Below are positions 30,572-43,358 of a stretch of 64,000 bases of DNA, one piece after another. Position 1 is the stretch's first letter. Each line of letters starts with the position of its first letter. A program made the position numbers and the translations under genes. The notes under the pieces were generated by a model. It was not told where the DNA came from. It worked only from the letters and a program-made list of their open reading frames with translations, and did no database searches. Source of the stretch: Antedon mediterranea (Eukaryota > Animalia > Echinodermata); NCBI RefSeq assembly GCF_964355755.1, contig NC_092676.1:30460871-30524870 (forward strand), in the 5' to 3' direction.

Positions 30572-31353
30572 TAATTCAATTAAAATCGACAGAAGAAAAA
30601 CCCGGACCGATTTTGGCAGTGGCGGACTGCTTTTGGCCACAACTTTAGAGCCAAAACTGGTCCGGCCGGACCGATTTTGGCCCCGGACCATATTTGTCGT
30701 GACAGGACAATATCAGCCCACTTTTAGCCTGAATAAAAGTCCCACTTTTAGACCAAATCAAGATTGTTAATAAAATTAATAAATGATTGTGTGAATTTGT
30801 GTTATTTTTTTATCAGTAAGGTTAAATTAAAAATGTTTTTTTTTTTTAACTCGGCCTGATGGTTCAATCCTCTTATGAAAGATGGATTGTCCCCAAAAAA
30901 CATAAAAAATGAAGATTAATAAATTCAGACTTTGAATAGTAGGCCATGTTTTGACTTATAAACATGATTACGGTAAATTCAACCAAAACCCCATTGGCTG
31001 GATAATTTGCTGTAAATTACAGTTTTTCAGGAAAATATTTTTTTTCGATCCAAAAACTATTATGTGACATTAAAATGGCATATTAAAAAAAATGTAAACA
31101 ATATTTTTTCAGGAGACAATAAAGCTTTAAAAGTCACAGATAAATAATAATCTTTATTATTGTCTTTCTTTCCCAAATATAAATAAAAGATACATAAGGT
31201 GTGGGTAAACTAGAGTGGACATTGTGTACAGTAGATGACCAGTGCATTGTTGACCAAATTGACTTTCCTAATTTAATATTAATAAATGGTTTTAAAATGT
31301 TAATTGATGTTCTGGTCTTTGTTTCTTTCAGTTTTCAAGCGAACTGATCAACA

Positions 31354-34300
31354 ATGACAGGTAAGCCATGTTCAATCTTTGATGCATAATAACACATATT
31401 TTCAATGACAATATAATAACAGTGATATTCATATTACATTGTTTTACTTGTTGTTTACTTGTTAGATCGATTACTGAACGATTGGGCAACACCAAGAATT
31501 GCAGCAACAAGTTCTTTTCTGGCTCCTCATTGTGAAACAACTAGCCCTCATTCCAAAAGTAGAAGTTTATTTTTGACTGGTTTAATTGAAGGTAATGACT
31601 TGTCAGATATTCTATTAACCAAATATACTGTGGGGGCCGTAGTAGATCTTTTGTATACAAATATGTTGACGATAAACTATTCATAACAAATGAACCACAA
31701 CACAAAGAAGTCTAAAGCTTTTTCTGGAGGCATAGCAACTATAATCTATGTATAGTCATTATTCTTGTCAGTGGGATTCAATTCACACACATAATTTAGC
31801 AACTCCTACAGTTTTTGATGGGATTTTGGTATACTCAGTACTGTATGTCATTTTCAATTTTTTACTGAAATTAACTGCTATTACTGTATGTTTACATCAA
31901 CCAGAGAGTTGTTAATTAAACTAATTAATGTTGATATCAAGTTTGCAGTAAACATGTATATTTAGTTCTGAAAAGAACTGTTGAGAGAGAGGGTTAGAGA
32001 GAAACTTTAAATCAACATTCGGTTTCACCATGCAAACCTTCAAACAATAAACTAATTAATTAACAACTTTGATTCAGATAATATCTACTAAAGACCTACT
32101 GAAGAAACAACAATATTTTGGTACAGTATAACATTGTATGCATTAGAATTGATATGTGATGGCTTTAATGAAATGTTGATTTTAGAACAAAGAAAGTTTC
32201 AGGAAGGATATGGCTGTTTAGAGGGTTTTGTGATGAACTAACTATTGTTTGATGTGTTACTAATTTAGCTTGTAATACCTAATATACAAATTTTTTGTGT
32301 ACAGTATTTTTCTATGTTGTACAGCAGTAATGATGAGGTACATACAAACTAAGTTGTAATTGATTGGCTTGTATTGTTCTGGCATTGTCTCTGGTCAAAG
32401 GTGGTTACCGCAACAGGCTGGTCCAACCTATTATTGTATTTATTCATTGTAGTCATCGCTGATGCACAAGCTGCTGTATGTTTTGCCAACTGAACACTCC
32501 CCGCATAATTTACTTCCTTGAATGATGGTAGGCGGTGATTGTTTATATTTTAGCATTTCTACAATACAGCATGGTAGGTTTAATTTAATTAACGTGCACT
32601 GGGTACATTCAGTCTATTCATATTTTGTACTGTAAAATCTTATTTTCCCAGCAGATTTTCACAAAATTTACAAGAATTAGTATGTAATTGTTAATTGTTA
32701 TTAATTAATATTCTTTGATCTCATTCTGAGTTAGCCTCACCAAATGAGTGAGCTATACAAAACAATTGTTTTCAGTAAATACTCTGTCCCCCGTATCTGA
32801 GTGTAAGGAACACCTTTTACTCAATTAAAACGGAATAAGATAGGAACCAATGCTTTGTTGAATATACATTTCATGTTCTGTTGGTTGTCGTGAGTTTGCA
32901 CTGAATTAAGTTTTGAGAGGTTTTAAATATTATTTACTTGTTGTACACATTTTACCATATCTACTACAATAGCCAAAGCTAAGTCAATTTTATTTAATAA
33001 AAACAACCATGTGTACTGAGGTCATCATCATCTGCAACTATTGTTATAGTGATGTCATCATCATCATCCTGTGTTATCATAGGATCTTTTTTTGACAGAT
33101 CATCCTACAGTAGTTTGTAGTCTACTAGCTTGTAATCACATGGTATAGTGATGTCATCATCATCCTGTGTTATCATAGGATCTTTTTTTGACAGATCATC
33201 CTACAGTAGTTTGTAGTCTACTAGCTTGTAATCACATGGTATAGTGATGTCATCATCATCCTGTGTTATCATAGGATCTTTTTTTGACAGATCATCCTAG
33301 TTTGTAGTCTACTATCTTGTAATCACATGGTATAGTGATGTCATCATCATCCTGTGTTATCATAGGATCTTTTTTTGACAGATCATCCTACAGTAGTTTG
33401 TAGTCTACTAGCTTGTAATCACATGGTATAGTGATGTCATCATCATCCTGTGTTATCATAGGATCTTTTTTTGACAGATCATCCTAGTTTGTAGTCTACT
33501 AGCTTGTAATCACATGGTATAGTGATGTCATCATCATCCTGTGTTATCATAGGATCTTTTTTTGACAGATCATCCTACAGTAGTTTGTAGTCTACTAACT
33601 TGTAATGACATGTTTCCTGTTTCTAATATGCGCTGCTAATAGTATCCTGCAGGAAACTGTACTATGACTTGTGCATATTGCTGCACAGTAAGATCTGTTT
33701 TAAAAGTTGTATTGTTCATACCATGTTTCTAGGCATACTGTATGTCTGCTAGATCACTCACTAATTTTATTGTGTCTAGGATCTGGTAAAATACTCAAAT
33801 ATACACTTATTTGGATTTAAATGAATCTTAGACATTAAGTATTGTGGACTTTATACTACAGTATTGCATTAGCAATTGATAAATTTATTTACTAAAGAAT
33901 TCTTCTTCAAGTATGAGTTCAGAGGATGATAGTCTGTATGAACCACCACGCTATAGGATGTCTTTACCCGCTAGATTCCTACGCCCTTCTACTTGGTATT
34001 CTTGTAGCATAGACGACCTCGATAGTCTTTGCTCAATCGATTCTATAGAAAGAGATGATCCTTTGATTGGTAAGTTTACATAAAAACATTCGGAATGCAC
34101 TTTGAAAGCGCCCTCAAGATTGGTTCCTAAATTAGCATGGCGTCAATAACAATGCATGCAAAGCCTGTAATGGTATTTTAGTGTGAGAAGACTCATAGAA
34201 TGTTTGTAGGAGCATCTGCAATGCTTAATGAGGGGTTTCATTAACTTTGTTCTCAATTGTATTGTGCTTAATGTAAGTATCATAGTTTAAAACAGAATTA

Positions 34301-37300
34301 TTAATCAATATTAATGGTTCAATGAGTAATAGCCTGAATAATAAATAGAGGTATGAGAAGAGCATATTATTTTGTATGACAACTCAGTGAATGCGAATAT
34401 TGTTTGTAGAGCTGTTTGTAATATCTTGCATGAAGCTTTAGGGGAAGTGAGTCATACATGGTAAGGCTAACACTGTAATATTGCATCTCTTAAGTATCTT
34501 TATTGTACAGTTAGATTGCACAAATGCTAAAAAATGTGTGTTTTTTAAAAATAAAATGTGTACTTTTAACAAGGCTATGAGAGCAGTTTTTTTATTGTGT
34601 TTTGTTTACACTTGTTTTATAGGTCATGAGTCGAGAAGTCCACCAGTTGCTCAAGTACTGCCTAATACTCCAAACAAATCTCGAACATTAACAGCAACTA
34701 AAGCAGACCTACATGAACCCAAAAACTTGTTCCAGCGGCATGATGTAAAGTATTCACACAGACCTTCTGAGCCATATAGCTCAACAACAGGGATACCTTG
34801 TGAGCCATATAGCTCAACAACAGGGTTTAAAGAAATGAATGCAGTAGATTTCTCATTTGCAGATCAGACATTTGTTATGCTTAATGAGGAAGATACACTT
34901 CATCAGTCTGCTATAGATAATGAACTAAAACGAAGAGGAGAAAACCTTGGAGCTGAAGAATTACGACGGGGTGGTGCAGTAGGTAGAGATTCTTTCATTG
35001 AACTACCTGAACGAAAACAATTTGATCGTGTTAAGCCATCAAATATTGCAATAGCCACATCATACAGTCAAGTGTTACCACGTCCACCTATTTCTGTTGG
35101 AGCAGAGATTCAAGCTAAACCATCATATTTGACAACAGAAAGTGCTTATTATACAGCAGCAGGTTACAACAACACAGCAGCAGGCAAAACATATGATATG
35201 CAAGCATGGCAACAATCACAAACAAATCCACATTTACAAGCTCATTTAGAACACTTACATTTGTCAAGTAAAGGTTTAAACACCGCATTATCATCTTTAA
35301 ATCTTGGAACTAATAATACTAATCAAGATGTTGGATCTGTTCAGGAACCATCAAGACTTAGTGCTGTTATACGAGCAAAAGATAATATACTTCAAGAAAA
35401 GAACATTATTATTGATAAGTAAGTTTAATACTACAGCCAATTTAATATAATCATTTCCATATTTCATATACTGTAGTATGAATAAAAATATAGTCAACAA
35501 TAAGTAATGTTAAAGCATAATTTATTTTGAGTGTCAACCTCCTAGACTATTTTAGCTACCATAATTGATTTTGTGTCAACCTGCTAAACTATAGCTACCA
35601 TAATTGATTTTGTGTCAACCTGCTAAGCTATACAGTAGCTACCATAATTGATTGATATTGTGTCAACCTACTAAACTATTTTAGCTACCATAATTGATAT
35701 TGTGTCAACCTACAAAGCTATAGCTACCATAATTTATTTTGTGTCAACCTGCTAAGCTATACAGTAGCTACCATAATTTATATTGTGTCAACCTACTAAA
35801 CTATTTTAGCTACCATAATTGATATTGTGTCAACCTACAAAGCTATAGCTACCATAATTGATTTTGTGTCAACCTGCTAAGCTATACAGTAGCTACCATA
35901 ATTGATATTGTGTTAACCTACTAAACTATTTTAGCTACCATAATTGATATTGTGTCAACCTACAAAGCTATAGCTACCATAATTGATTTTGTGTCAACCT
36001 GCTAAACTATTTTAGCTACCATAATTGATATTGTGTCAACCTGCTAAACTATAGCTACCATAATTGATTAGAATGTTGAATGCACAACAGAAAGTTGGTG
36101 ACACTTTGAGAATACAGTATATTGCAAAATGAAACAACTGAATTAATACAGGAAACAGTGTGTATGCTTGATATAACATATTTGCATATTTTATTAAAAT
36201 CAGGCATACTGTACATACATTCTGTGCTATTCTGTAAAATGATATTCAATGCTTAAAGTTAAACAATCATAATGGGATTATTACTATGTTTTTCAAGGCA
36301 AAAGTTGGAGTTAGCCCACTATGAGGAGCAGATAAAGGAGTTGAAGACCCAGGAACGTCACCGTCAATATGCACGTGCTTCAGAGGAAGGTGACATGATG
36401 CTTTTGAAGATACAGGTATGACATTTAAATTTTAATGTAATTGTTAAGTTTTTAAACAAATGATTTGGTAAATCATAAGAGACAATATTTGTTTAGAAAA
36501 CTATAACTTTCAATATACAAAAGAAGAACATAATAATAGTTACTAACCCTATCTAAAGTTGAATGATTACAATGTAATTGTATTCTTGTTTCAATTGAAT
36601 AATATTTAAACTTCCCCTAACCCTATCTAAAGTTGAATGATTACATGTAATTGTATAAATTGAATTGAATAATATTTAAACTTCCCCTAACCCTATCTAA
36701 AGTTGAATGATTACAATGTAATTGTATTCTTGTTTAAATTGAATAATATTTAAACTTCCTCTTGTGAAATAACAGGTAATTGACTGCTTAGATCATGTGA
36801 CCTACACAGGTTTGGTCAAGGTTTAGTAACTAGCAGTATAAATGCACACAAAATAATTTGTGTTAGTGCTTACACTTTTTGGTAACATCATATAATAATA
36901 TCCTTATCATATGTTAAGTAAGTATCTGTCAAATGGTGTTGTTCGTCCATTGTGCTTTAGTAACTAGCAGTATAAAACACAAAATACCAACATAATAAAT
37001 AAAAAGGCACACTGTTTTTTTTAACCGTTTTCAGTACATTTTTATCTTCACTACATAACTGATAATTTGGTCAAATGTTTCCTTTGTTTTTCACAACCTT
37101 GCAATTGACTTTGAAATTATTATTTTGCAGGAGTATCACTATGAGATCAGCTCATTAAAGGCTCAGTTAGCTGAAGTATCAACATCTAAAGTAGCTGACA
37201 TTGACACACTTAATAGAGCACTGGGGTAACATACATGTCTTGTAAAGTAAAGCAATCAGGTTGTCAATCCCAACATGGATTCCAACTGTTAATAGATTTT

Positions 37301-40300
37301 TTTGAAATGAGTAGTATAAGCTATACATATTTCATTAATATTAACATAGGGATATGTTGTTGTAGTGAATAATGTTATTATCTATTATTTGTATTCATTT
37401 ATAGAGAAAGGGAATATGAAATTGATCAACTGAAGAAGTCCTTAAAAGAGTCTACTGCATCTAAAACAAAAGAAGTTGATGATCTTAAAAAAAAGGTAAA
37501 TAATAAAAAGAAAGATACATACATACATATTGCTATTTAACTCATGTGAATGTTTAATGGTAATTAAATATCTGTGTAGAATCTTGTATAGATCAGCACT
37601 GAAAATAGGGACATTTGACATGGTATACAATTGATACACTGGTCTATGTTTAAGCTGAAGTGACAAATAGGGACATTTGACATGGTATACAATTGATACA
37701 CTGGTCTATGTTTAAGCTGAAGTGACAAATAGGGACATTTGACATGGTATACAATTGATACACTGGTCTATGTTTAAGCTGAAGTGACAAATAGGGACAT
37801 TTGACATGGTATACAATTGATACACTGGTCTATGTTTAAGCTGAAGTGACAAATAGGGACATTTGACATGGTATACAATTGATACACTGGTTTATGTTTA
37901 AGCTGAAGTGACAAATAGGGACATTTGACATGGTATACAATTGATACACTGGTCTATGTTTAAGCTGAAGTGACAAATAGGGACATTTGACATGGTATAC
38001 AATTGATACACTGGTCTATGTTTAAGCTGAAGTGAAAAATAGGGACATTTGACATGGTATACAATTGATACACTGGTCTATGTTTAAGCTGAAGTGACAA
38101 ATAGGGACATTTGACATGGTATACAATTGATACACTGGTCTATGTTTAAGCTGAAGTGACAAATAGGGACATTTGATATGGTATACAATTGATACACTGA
38201 TCTATTTTTAAGCTGAAGTGACAAATAGGGACATTTGACATGGTATACAATTGATACACTGGTCTATTTTTAAGCTTCTTTCAAGGGAATCAAGAAATGA
38301 AGAAATTAAAGGAAAGTTTGAACGTTTAAGAGAAAAATATGAGAAAGCAAAGCGTAAAGAAAGTACATACAGCAACTACATACAAGAACTACCAACGATG
38401 AAGGACCATCAAAATAATGTTGAAAGAATATCCTTTTGTATATCATTAATGTTAAGGTCAGCTTGAATTGAATATATCCTATATTCTGTTACTAATCACT
38501 TCAGTATTACTGTATTATTTCATCCACATTAATATTCTATATTTTAAATGATGTGCTTTAAAGAAATTTTTCCTTAATTTTGAATTTACTTGAAAAATTT
38601 GAAAGAAAAAGAGACATTATTAACCGAGAGAATACATCACTTGGAGAGTTCCCTCGCAGAAGTTCGTAAAGCCAGTCGAAGCAAAGATAGGGAGATCAGT
38701 GAGTTTCATATGTCAATAGAAAGGTAAGAATGTCATTTTCAATTTGGAATAACTGCCTAAAACCAATCAAAAATTCAATTTCTATAATATTTGCAATTAT
38801 TATGCTTTATTTGTTAATAGTTATAAAGAAGAAATAAGTAAATTACAAGTTGCTATTGGTGCAAATAGTGGACAAGACACCTTTGACAATTTAAAGTTGT
38901 TTAAGAAACAGGATGTGGAAGAATTAAAAAAAGATAACAATTTACTCAAAAGTGAAGTCAATCGTCTTCAAAAGGTATGTAAACTTGCTGTCAATTTAAT
39001 ATCAACAATAATAAGATTGATGTTAAAAATGATTATACATGTCGTTTATTTGTCAAAATTGTATTTTGTTGTTTAGCTTGTTCAAAGCAAGCACACAAAG
39101 TTAAAAAGTTTAAATGAGCAGACCGAAGACCAAGTGAAGTGTTTAGAGAGTAGAGTAGAACAGGAAGAAAGTACAGTCTATTCACTAAAAGAAGCCCTTC
39201 AAACTAAAGAAGCTGACCTACAAAAAATGCAAGTGTCAATGAGACAGGTAAGGAAACAAACTGAACACAGATGGTGGCAGTATGTTATGTTATACACTGA
39301 ACACAGATGGTGGCAGTATGTTATGTTATACACTGAACACAGATGGTGGCAGTATGTTATGTTATACACTGAACACAGATGGTGGCAGTATGTTATGTTA
39401 TACACTCAGAACAACAATAATAGTGGTTGTATAAATGCCTTGATTGAATGATTGAAATATATATTTATACTGGGTAACCTCTTCAGTAAAAGACTGGTCT
39501 CCCAGAGGGCCCAGTTGGTGATCAGTGTCTGTGATGTACTAATACACCGGGGTAACCCCCTACTCGTCTCGAAAGATGTACTAGGTTCTTTAAAGTGCAC
39601 ACGAGCTAGATGTGTACACTGGACCTACGGTTTATAGTCCTTATCCGAGAAGACTCGTTCTACCACCAGAACCATGGAGTGAGTGAGCCTCAAACCCCTG
39701 CCGATGTTATGACTAAGTAATGTTCATATTCACACAATGAACGGTTCATGAAATATCCTAAATACCATTTTTTTTAATGATTCATATGGTAGTTGACTGC
39801 ATTATTAATTATTTATAGCTTGCAGCCCAAAGCCAAGAAATGTATGAACATAATCTAAATCTAACAGAGAAATGTCAGAAACTAGAAAAAACAGTGTGCC
39901 AAGATTACTTAGAATGTAGCCAGCAGCTGCTGGTAGAGATTTCAGCATGTGTGGCAGACCTTCAATGTCTTGTACATATACTTGTTGAGCAAGCAGAAGG
40001 CAAAGAACCAGATATGTCCATGTTGCTGGGGGTCAAAGGTAAGTTATTACCTTACCTATATTCATTAATGGATGTCCATAATAATCCTAGTTGGGTACTC
40101 ATGTGTGTAATTTGAGTGTTAGGATTCGCATGTGTATCAATATTGGACACTTTCATTCATGGTAAACATTTGTTAATTTAAACCATCTTTATTTTTTGTT
40201 GAATTGAAAGTGATGAATGTGTCTCTCTTTTTATAGCGTTGCCGTCAATGCTGGAGGGTGACATGAATAGTACAAATAGAAAATCAATGAAGACTAAATT

Positions 40301-40400
40301 GAAACAAGTACAAGAGTTACAGGCAGAAATTGATAAACTTAGATCTATGTTGTCAGACAAATATGCTGAAGATCTTGGTGACCAGTGTATTACACAGTAA
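31354..40400 (+). CDS. CEP85: Centrosomal protein of 85 kDa family (CEP85/CEP85L-like), coiled coil, C-terminal CaaX
   Basis: Candidate first coding exons are 31354-31360, 32522-32573 or 33913-34069. Common exons: 34623-35418, 36298-36415, 37131-37225, 37405-37495, 38275-38427, 38590-38723, 38821-38974, 39077-39247, 39819-40038, 40237-40400. The C-terminus GKEPDMSMLLG...LRSMLSDKYAEDLGDQCITQ* matches the CEP85/CEP85L end as recalled. Confidence 0.85.
33045..33610. repeat. 91-96-bp tandem repeat, ~6 copies
   Basis: Unit tatagtgatgtcatcatcatcctgtgttatcataggatctttttttgacagatcatccta(cagta)gtttgtagtctactagcttgtaatcacatgg. Confidence 0.95.
35520..36068. repeat. ~38-43-bp tandem repeat, ~13 copies, intronic
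   Basis: Unit tagctaccataattgat(t/a)ttgtgtcaacct(g/a)ctaa.ctat. Confidence 0.95.
36543..36758. repeat. ~72-bp tandem repeat x3
   Basis: Unit ctaaccctatctaaagttgaatgattacaatgtaattgta...ttgaataatatttaaacttcc. Confidence 0.9.
37602..38276 (+). repeat. 62-bp tandem array (~11 copies) ending at an exon acceptor
   Basis: Unit aaatagggacatttgacatggtatacaattgatacactggtctatgtttaagctgaagtgac; the last copy supplies the AG at 38273-38274. Confidence 0.95.
38428..38589 (+). other. U12-type (minor spliceosome) AT-AC intron
   Basis: 5' end ATATCCTTT, branch site TTTCCTTAAT at ~38569-38578, 3' AC at 38588-38589. Removal joins NNVER to LKNLKEKE in frame. Confidence 0.9.
39259..39406. repeat. 36-bp tandem repeat x4
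   Basis: Unit actgaacacagatggtggcagtatgttatgttatac, just downstream of a donor site. Confidence 0.95.
39463..39710 (-). mobile_element. 5'-truncated copy of the SINE at 1748-2072
   Basis: Near-identical to 1774-2020; it ends inside the tRNA head. Confidence 0.85.
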
Positions 40401-40732
40401 TCATTGACAATGCATACTTTATGAAAACTAATCAATACATAGAGTTGAATAGAATTTATACAAATGTTATAGATCATTAACTTTAAGCTTTAAATCTTTA
40501 AATCTATTTTATTTTGTTGACATTAGTAAAATAAAGACAATAAAAGACTGATGAAAATGGAACTCAATATAACCTTAAAACAGGTTGTAAGTATGAGTCC
40601 AGTTAAAGTTGAGAAAAGAAATATGTATATAAAATGGTAAAATTACATATTAAAATAGCAAAATGTTAAAACAAGAAAACTATTAAATCTTGTAAAATGA
40701 CATAATATTATATAAAAGTGAAATAATACACA

Positions 40733-41226
40733 ATAGTATATAAAATAAAGGAACAGAGATCCTGGGTAGAGATGGGAACATTTTGAACAGATAATACATG
40801 TGTTAGTATATAAAATAAAGGAACAGAGATCCTGGGTAGAGATGGGAACATTTTGAACAGATAATACATGTGTTAGTATATAAAATAAAGGAACAGAGAT
40901 CCTGGGTAGAGATGGGAACATTTTGAACAGATAATACATGTGTTAGTATATAAAATAAAGGAACAGAGATCCTGGGTAGAGATGGGAACATTTTGAACAG
41001 ATAATACATGTGTTAGTATATGAAATAAAGGAACAGAGATCCTGGGTAGAGATGGGAACATTTTGAACAGATAATACATGTGTTAGTATATAAAATAAAG
41101 GAACAGAGATTCTGGGTAGAGATGGGAACATTTTGAACAGATAATACATGTGTTAGTATATAAAATAAAGGAACAGAGATCCTGGGTAGAGATGGGAACA
41201 TTTTGAACAGATAATACATGTGTTAG
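40733..41226. repeat. 70-bp tandem repeat x7
   Basis: Unit tagtatataaaataaaggaacagagatcctgggtagagatgggaacattttgaacagataatacatgtgt; each copy contains AATAAA. Confidence 0.95.
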
Positions 41227-42601
41227 GATATGTGTGTCAGCGTGTGTTGGCAAGTTTGCATTTCAGAGAGAGGGATGTTGTCAAAATAGATTTAAAATTT
41301 GCATTATATATATTTTTATACAATGTGTTACAATGTTTGATTTTGATTGTATACCAAGTCTTTATTCAACTATTCATATTGTGTGGGTGTATATAAACAA
41401 CTTGATTGTTTAGTAAACTTATTTCTCCATGGTTGTACAAACAGAGAGCTTCAGTTGCATTCTGAACTGTCCTCAAAAGGCACCAGTACTTAAGTAGAAA
41501 AGGAATTGATATTATTAAATGGAATATGACATGTATGTATATAATGCTGTTTTCTAGATTACAGTACTTCCATCAGTCACTTTATTTAGCATTTGAAAAA
41601 TTCTATTACCATTGAATCTTACAGTATGCCTACTAACTTATTTCATCATTTATTTATAATTTATGTTTTTGACCAGATTCAGTGCAATATTTGTCATTTC
41701 AAAATGTGTTAACTTATTGTCGTATTACTGAATTTAACAAGAAAAATATTTATTATACTGAAATTTGGGTAGACCAGGTTCATTATTCATTTGTTGTTAT
41801 GCATTGATTTATTCTACTTACAGGGTAGTATAGTAGGTTTAATGCCACAGTTAAATTGTGTTTTGTTTTTCTAGATTTCAATAGTATTCTTGTGTTTAAA
41901 TAAATTCAACATGCAGTATTGTACAAATGCTGGAACATAAATAGTGTATGTGCATTCATTTTAGTCATACATAATGTTTAACTTGTAATTGCTATTTTTG
42001 CTTTTATGACACATAATTGCATAAGTTTATTGTAGTCAGTATCATTTCTCTTGATCTCTGTCACACAACTAGTCATGCTAACAATAGAAATATGATCTGA
42101 ATAAACATTCCTATTTTAATAACCAACCCCAATAGAACATCATTTAGAAAAAACGCTCCTGGCGTTTATTTATTTCCTCGAATAAATGCCCTGCTACATG
42201 CATTAGCCTAGTAGACATTTAATATGAATTGAAAATTTGTATAATATAATTAGTATTTAGTTTTAATATTTTGTTTACAAAAAATGTTTCCCCACCAAAA
42301 CCTTTGAATATTTAATTTCCAATACAGTACCTAAACCTTATATATAATAATTCTCCTCCATGCCTAAACTAAAATCTGTGCTTACTGACACTGACAGACT
42401 TTTAGCCACAGCATGCAGGGAGAGTAAATTAATAATGAGACATCAATTTTCATGCTCCTCCTCCCATCATCATATAATATTTACTTTACTTGATTTACTT
42501 GATGTTGAGACTTATAAAGCCAAAGCTTGTGTGTGTCCCTCGACGTGTTTCTATATATTATCTTGTCTACTATAGGGGGAAAACTTGCAGAATATACACA
42601 C

Positions 42602-42613
42602 GTACATAGCAAC
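42602..42613. promoter_or_regulatory. Possible RFX X-box-like site upstream of the CNBD gene
   Basis: gtacatagcaac; a second X-box-like gttgtacatgcaac lies at 43125-43138. Motif match only. Confidence 0.3.
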
Positions 42614-43358
42614 ACCAAGGTGTATATTTACTCTATTGTGTTACAGTAATACTGATGATGTGTGCATTGTAAATATCGCACACTCGATTTGAACTGGACC
42701 AAGGTTTCAAGCATGCACAATTTAGCTATGTACCACAGTTTTGTTTGTGGGCGGTAAGGGTGTAATCTATCAACTATTGATATGTAAAGTTTCTTTGAAA
42801 AAGCTTTAGGCTGCTGACAGTGACTGTAGTTGTGTCACACGAAGTACACCTGCATCATCATTTCTTGGCTGCTACTAACTACACACTGAGTATATACGGT
42901 AGGCTTTGAAGAAGACTTCGGGAGGCCTACATTTTAGGCCCTACACACTCAGTAATCTTTTATAATCAGCTAAAATGGTAATTATTTAAAGAAGGAAAGG
43001 GGAAGTAAGTTTTTGTTTGTCTTACATTTGTTATTATCTGGGTACAGCGGCCGTGGCCCGTGGCAGCACGGTTACAGTACGTCTTCCATAAATCAAAATA
43101 ATTAATACTCTCTCCTCCCACCTTGTTGTACATGCAACAATACATTCGGTTGGTATTGCTGCTATCACAAAAAAACAAATATATTCTCTGGTGAAACATG
43201 GTATTATCACAATGTAAAAATTGTTTGTGTCATCCAATCATGGAGCTAGATGATTGCTAAGAAACTTTAATTGTAAATTTAAATTAACAAATATTTGTTA
43301 TTGTATTTTAAAATTATGGTATTTATTATCTAGATGAATGATTTGATCTACAAAAAGA

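Larger units (their letters stand above)
27850..30704. mobile_element. Ginger-like non-autonomous TIR element (TGT...ACA termini, 4-bp TSD)
   Basis: Termini tgtcacaccaaaatcagtccgggccaaaatcggtcc / ggaccgattttggccccggaccatatttgtcgtgaca; TSD ggac at 27846-27849 and 30705-30708; subterminal ggtccggccggacc palindromic repeats. Confidence 0.8.

Noticed and set aside
40643-41219. Five near-identical minus-strand ORFs
   Set aside because: They are artefacts of the 70-bp tandem repeat.
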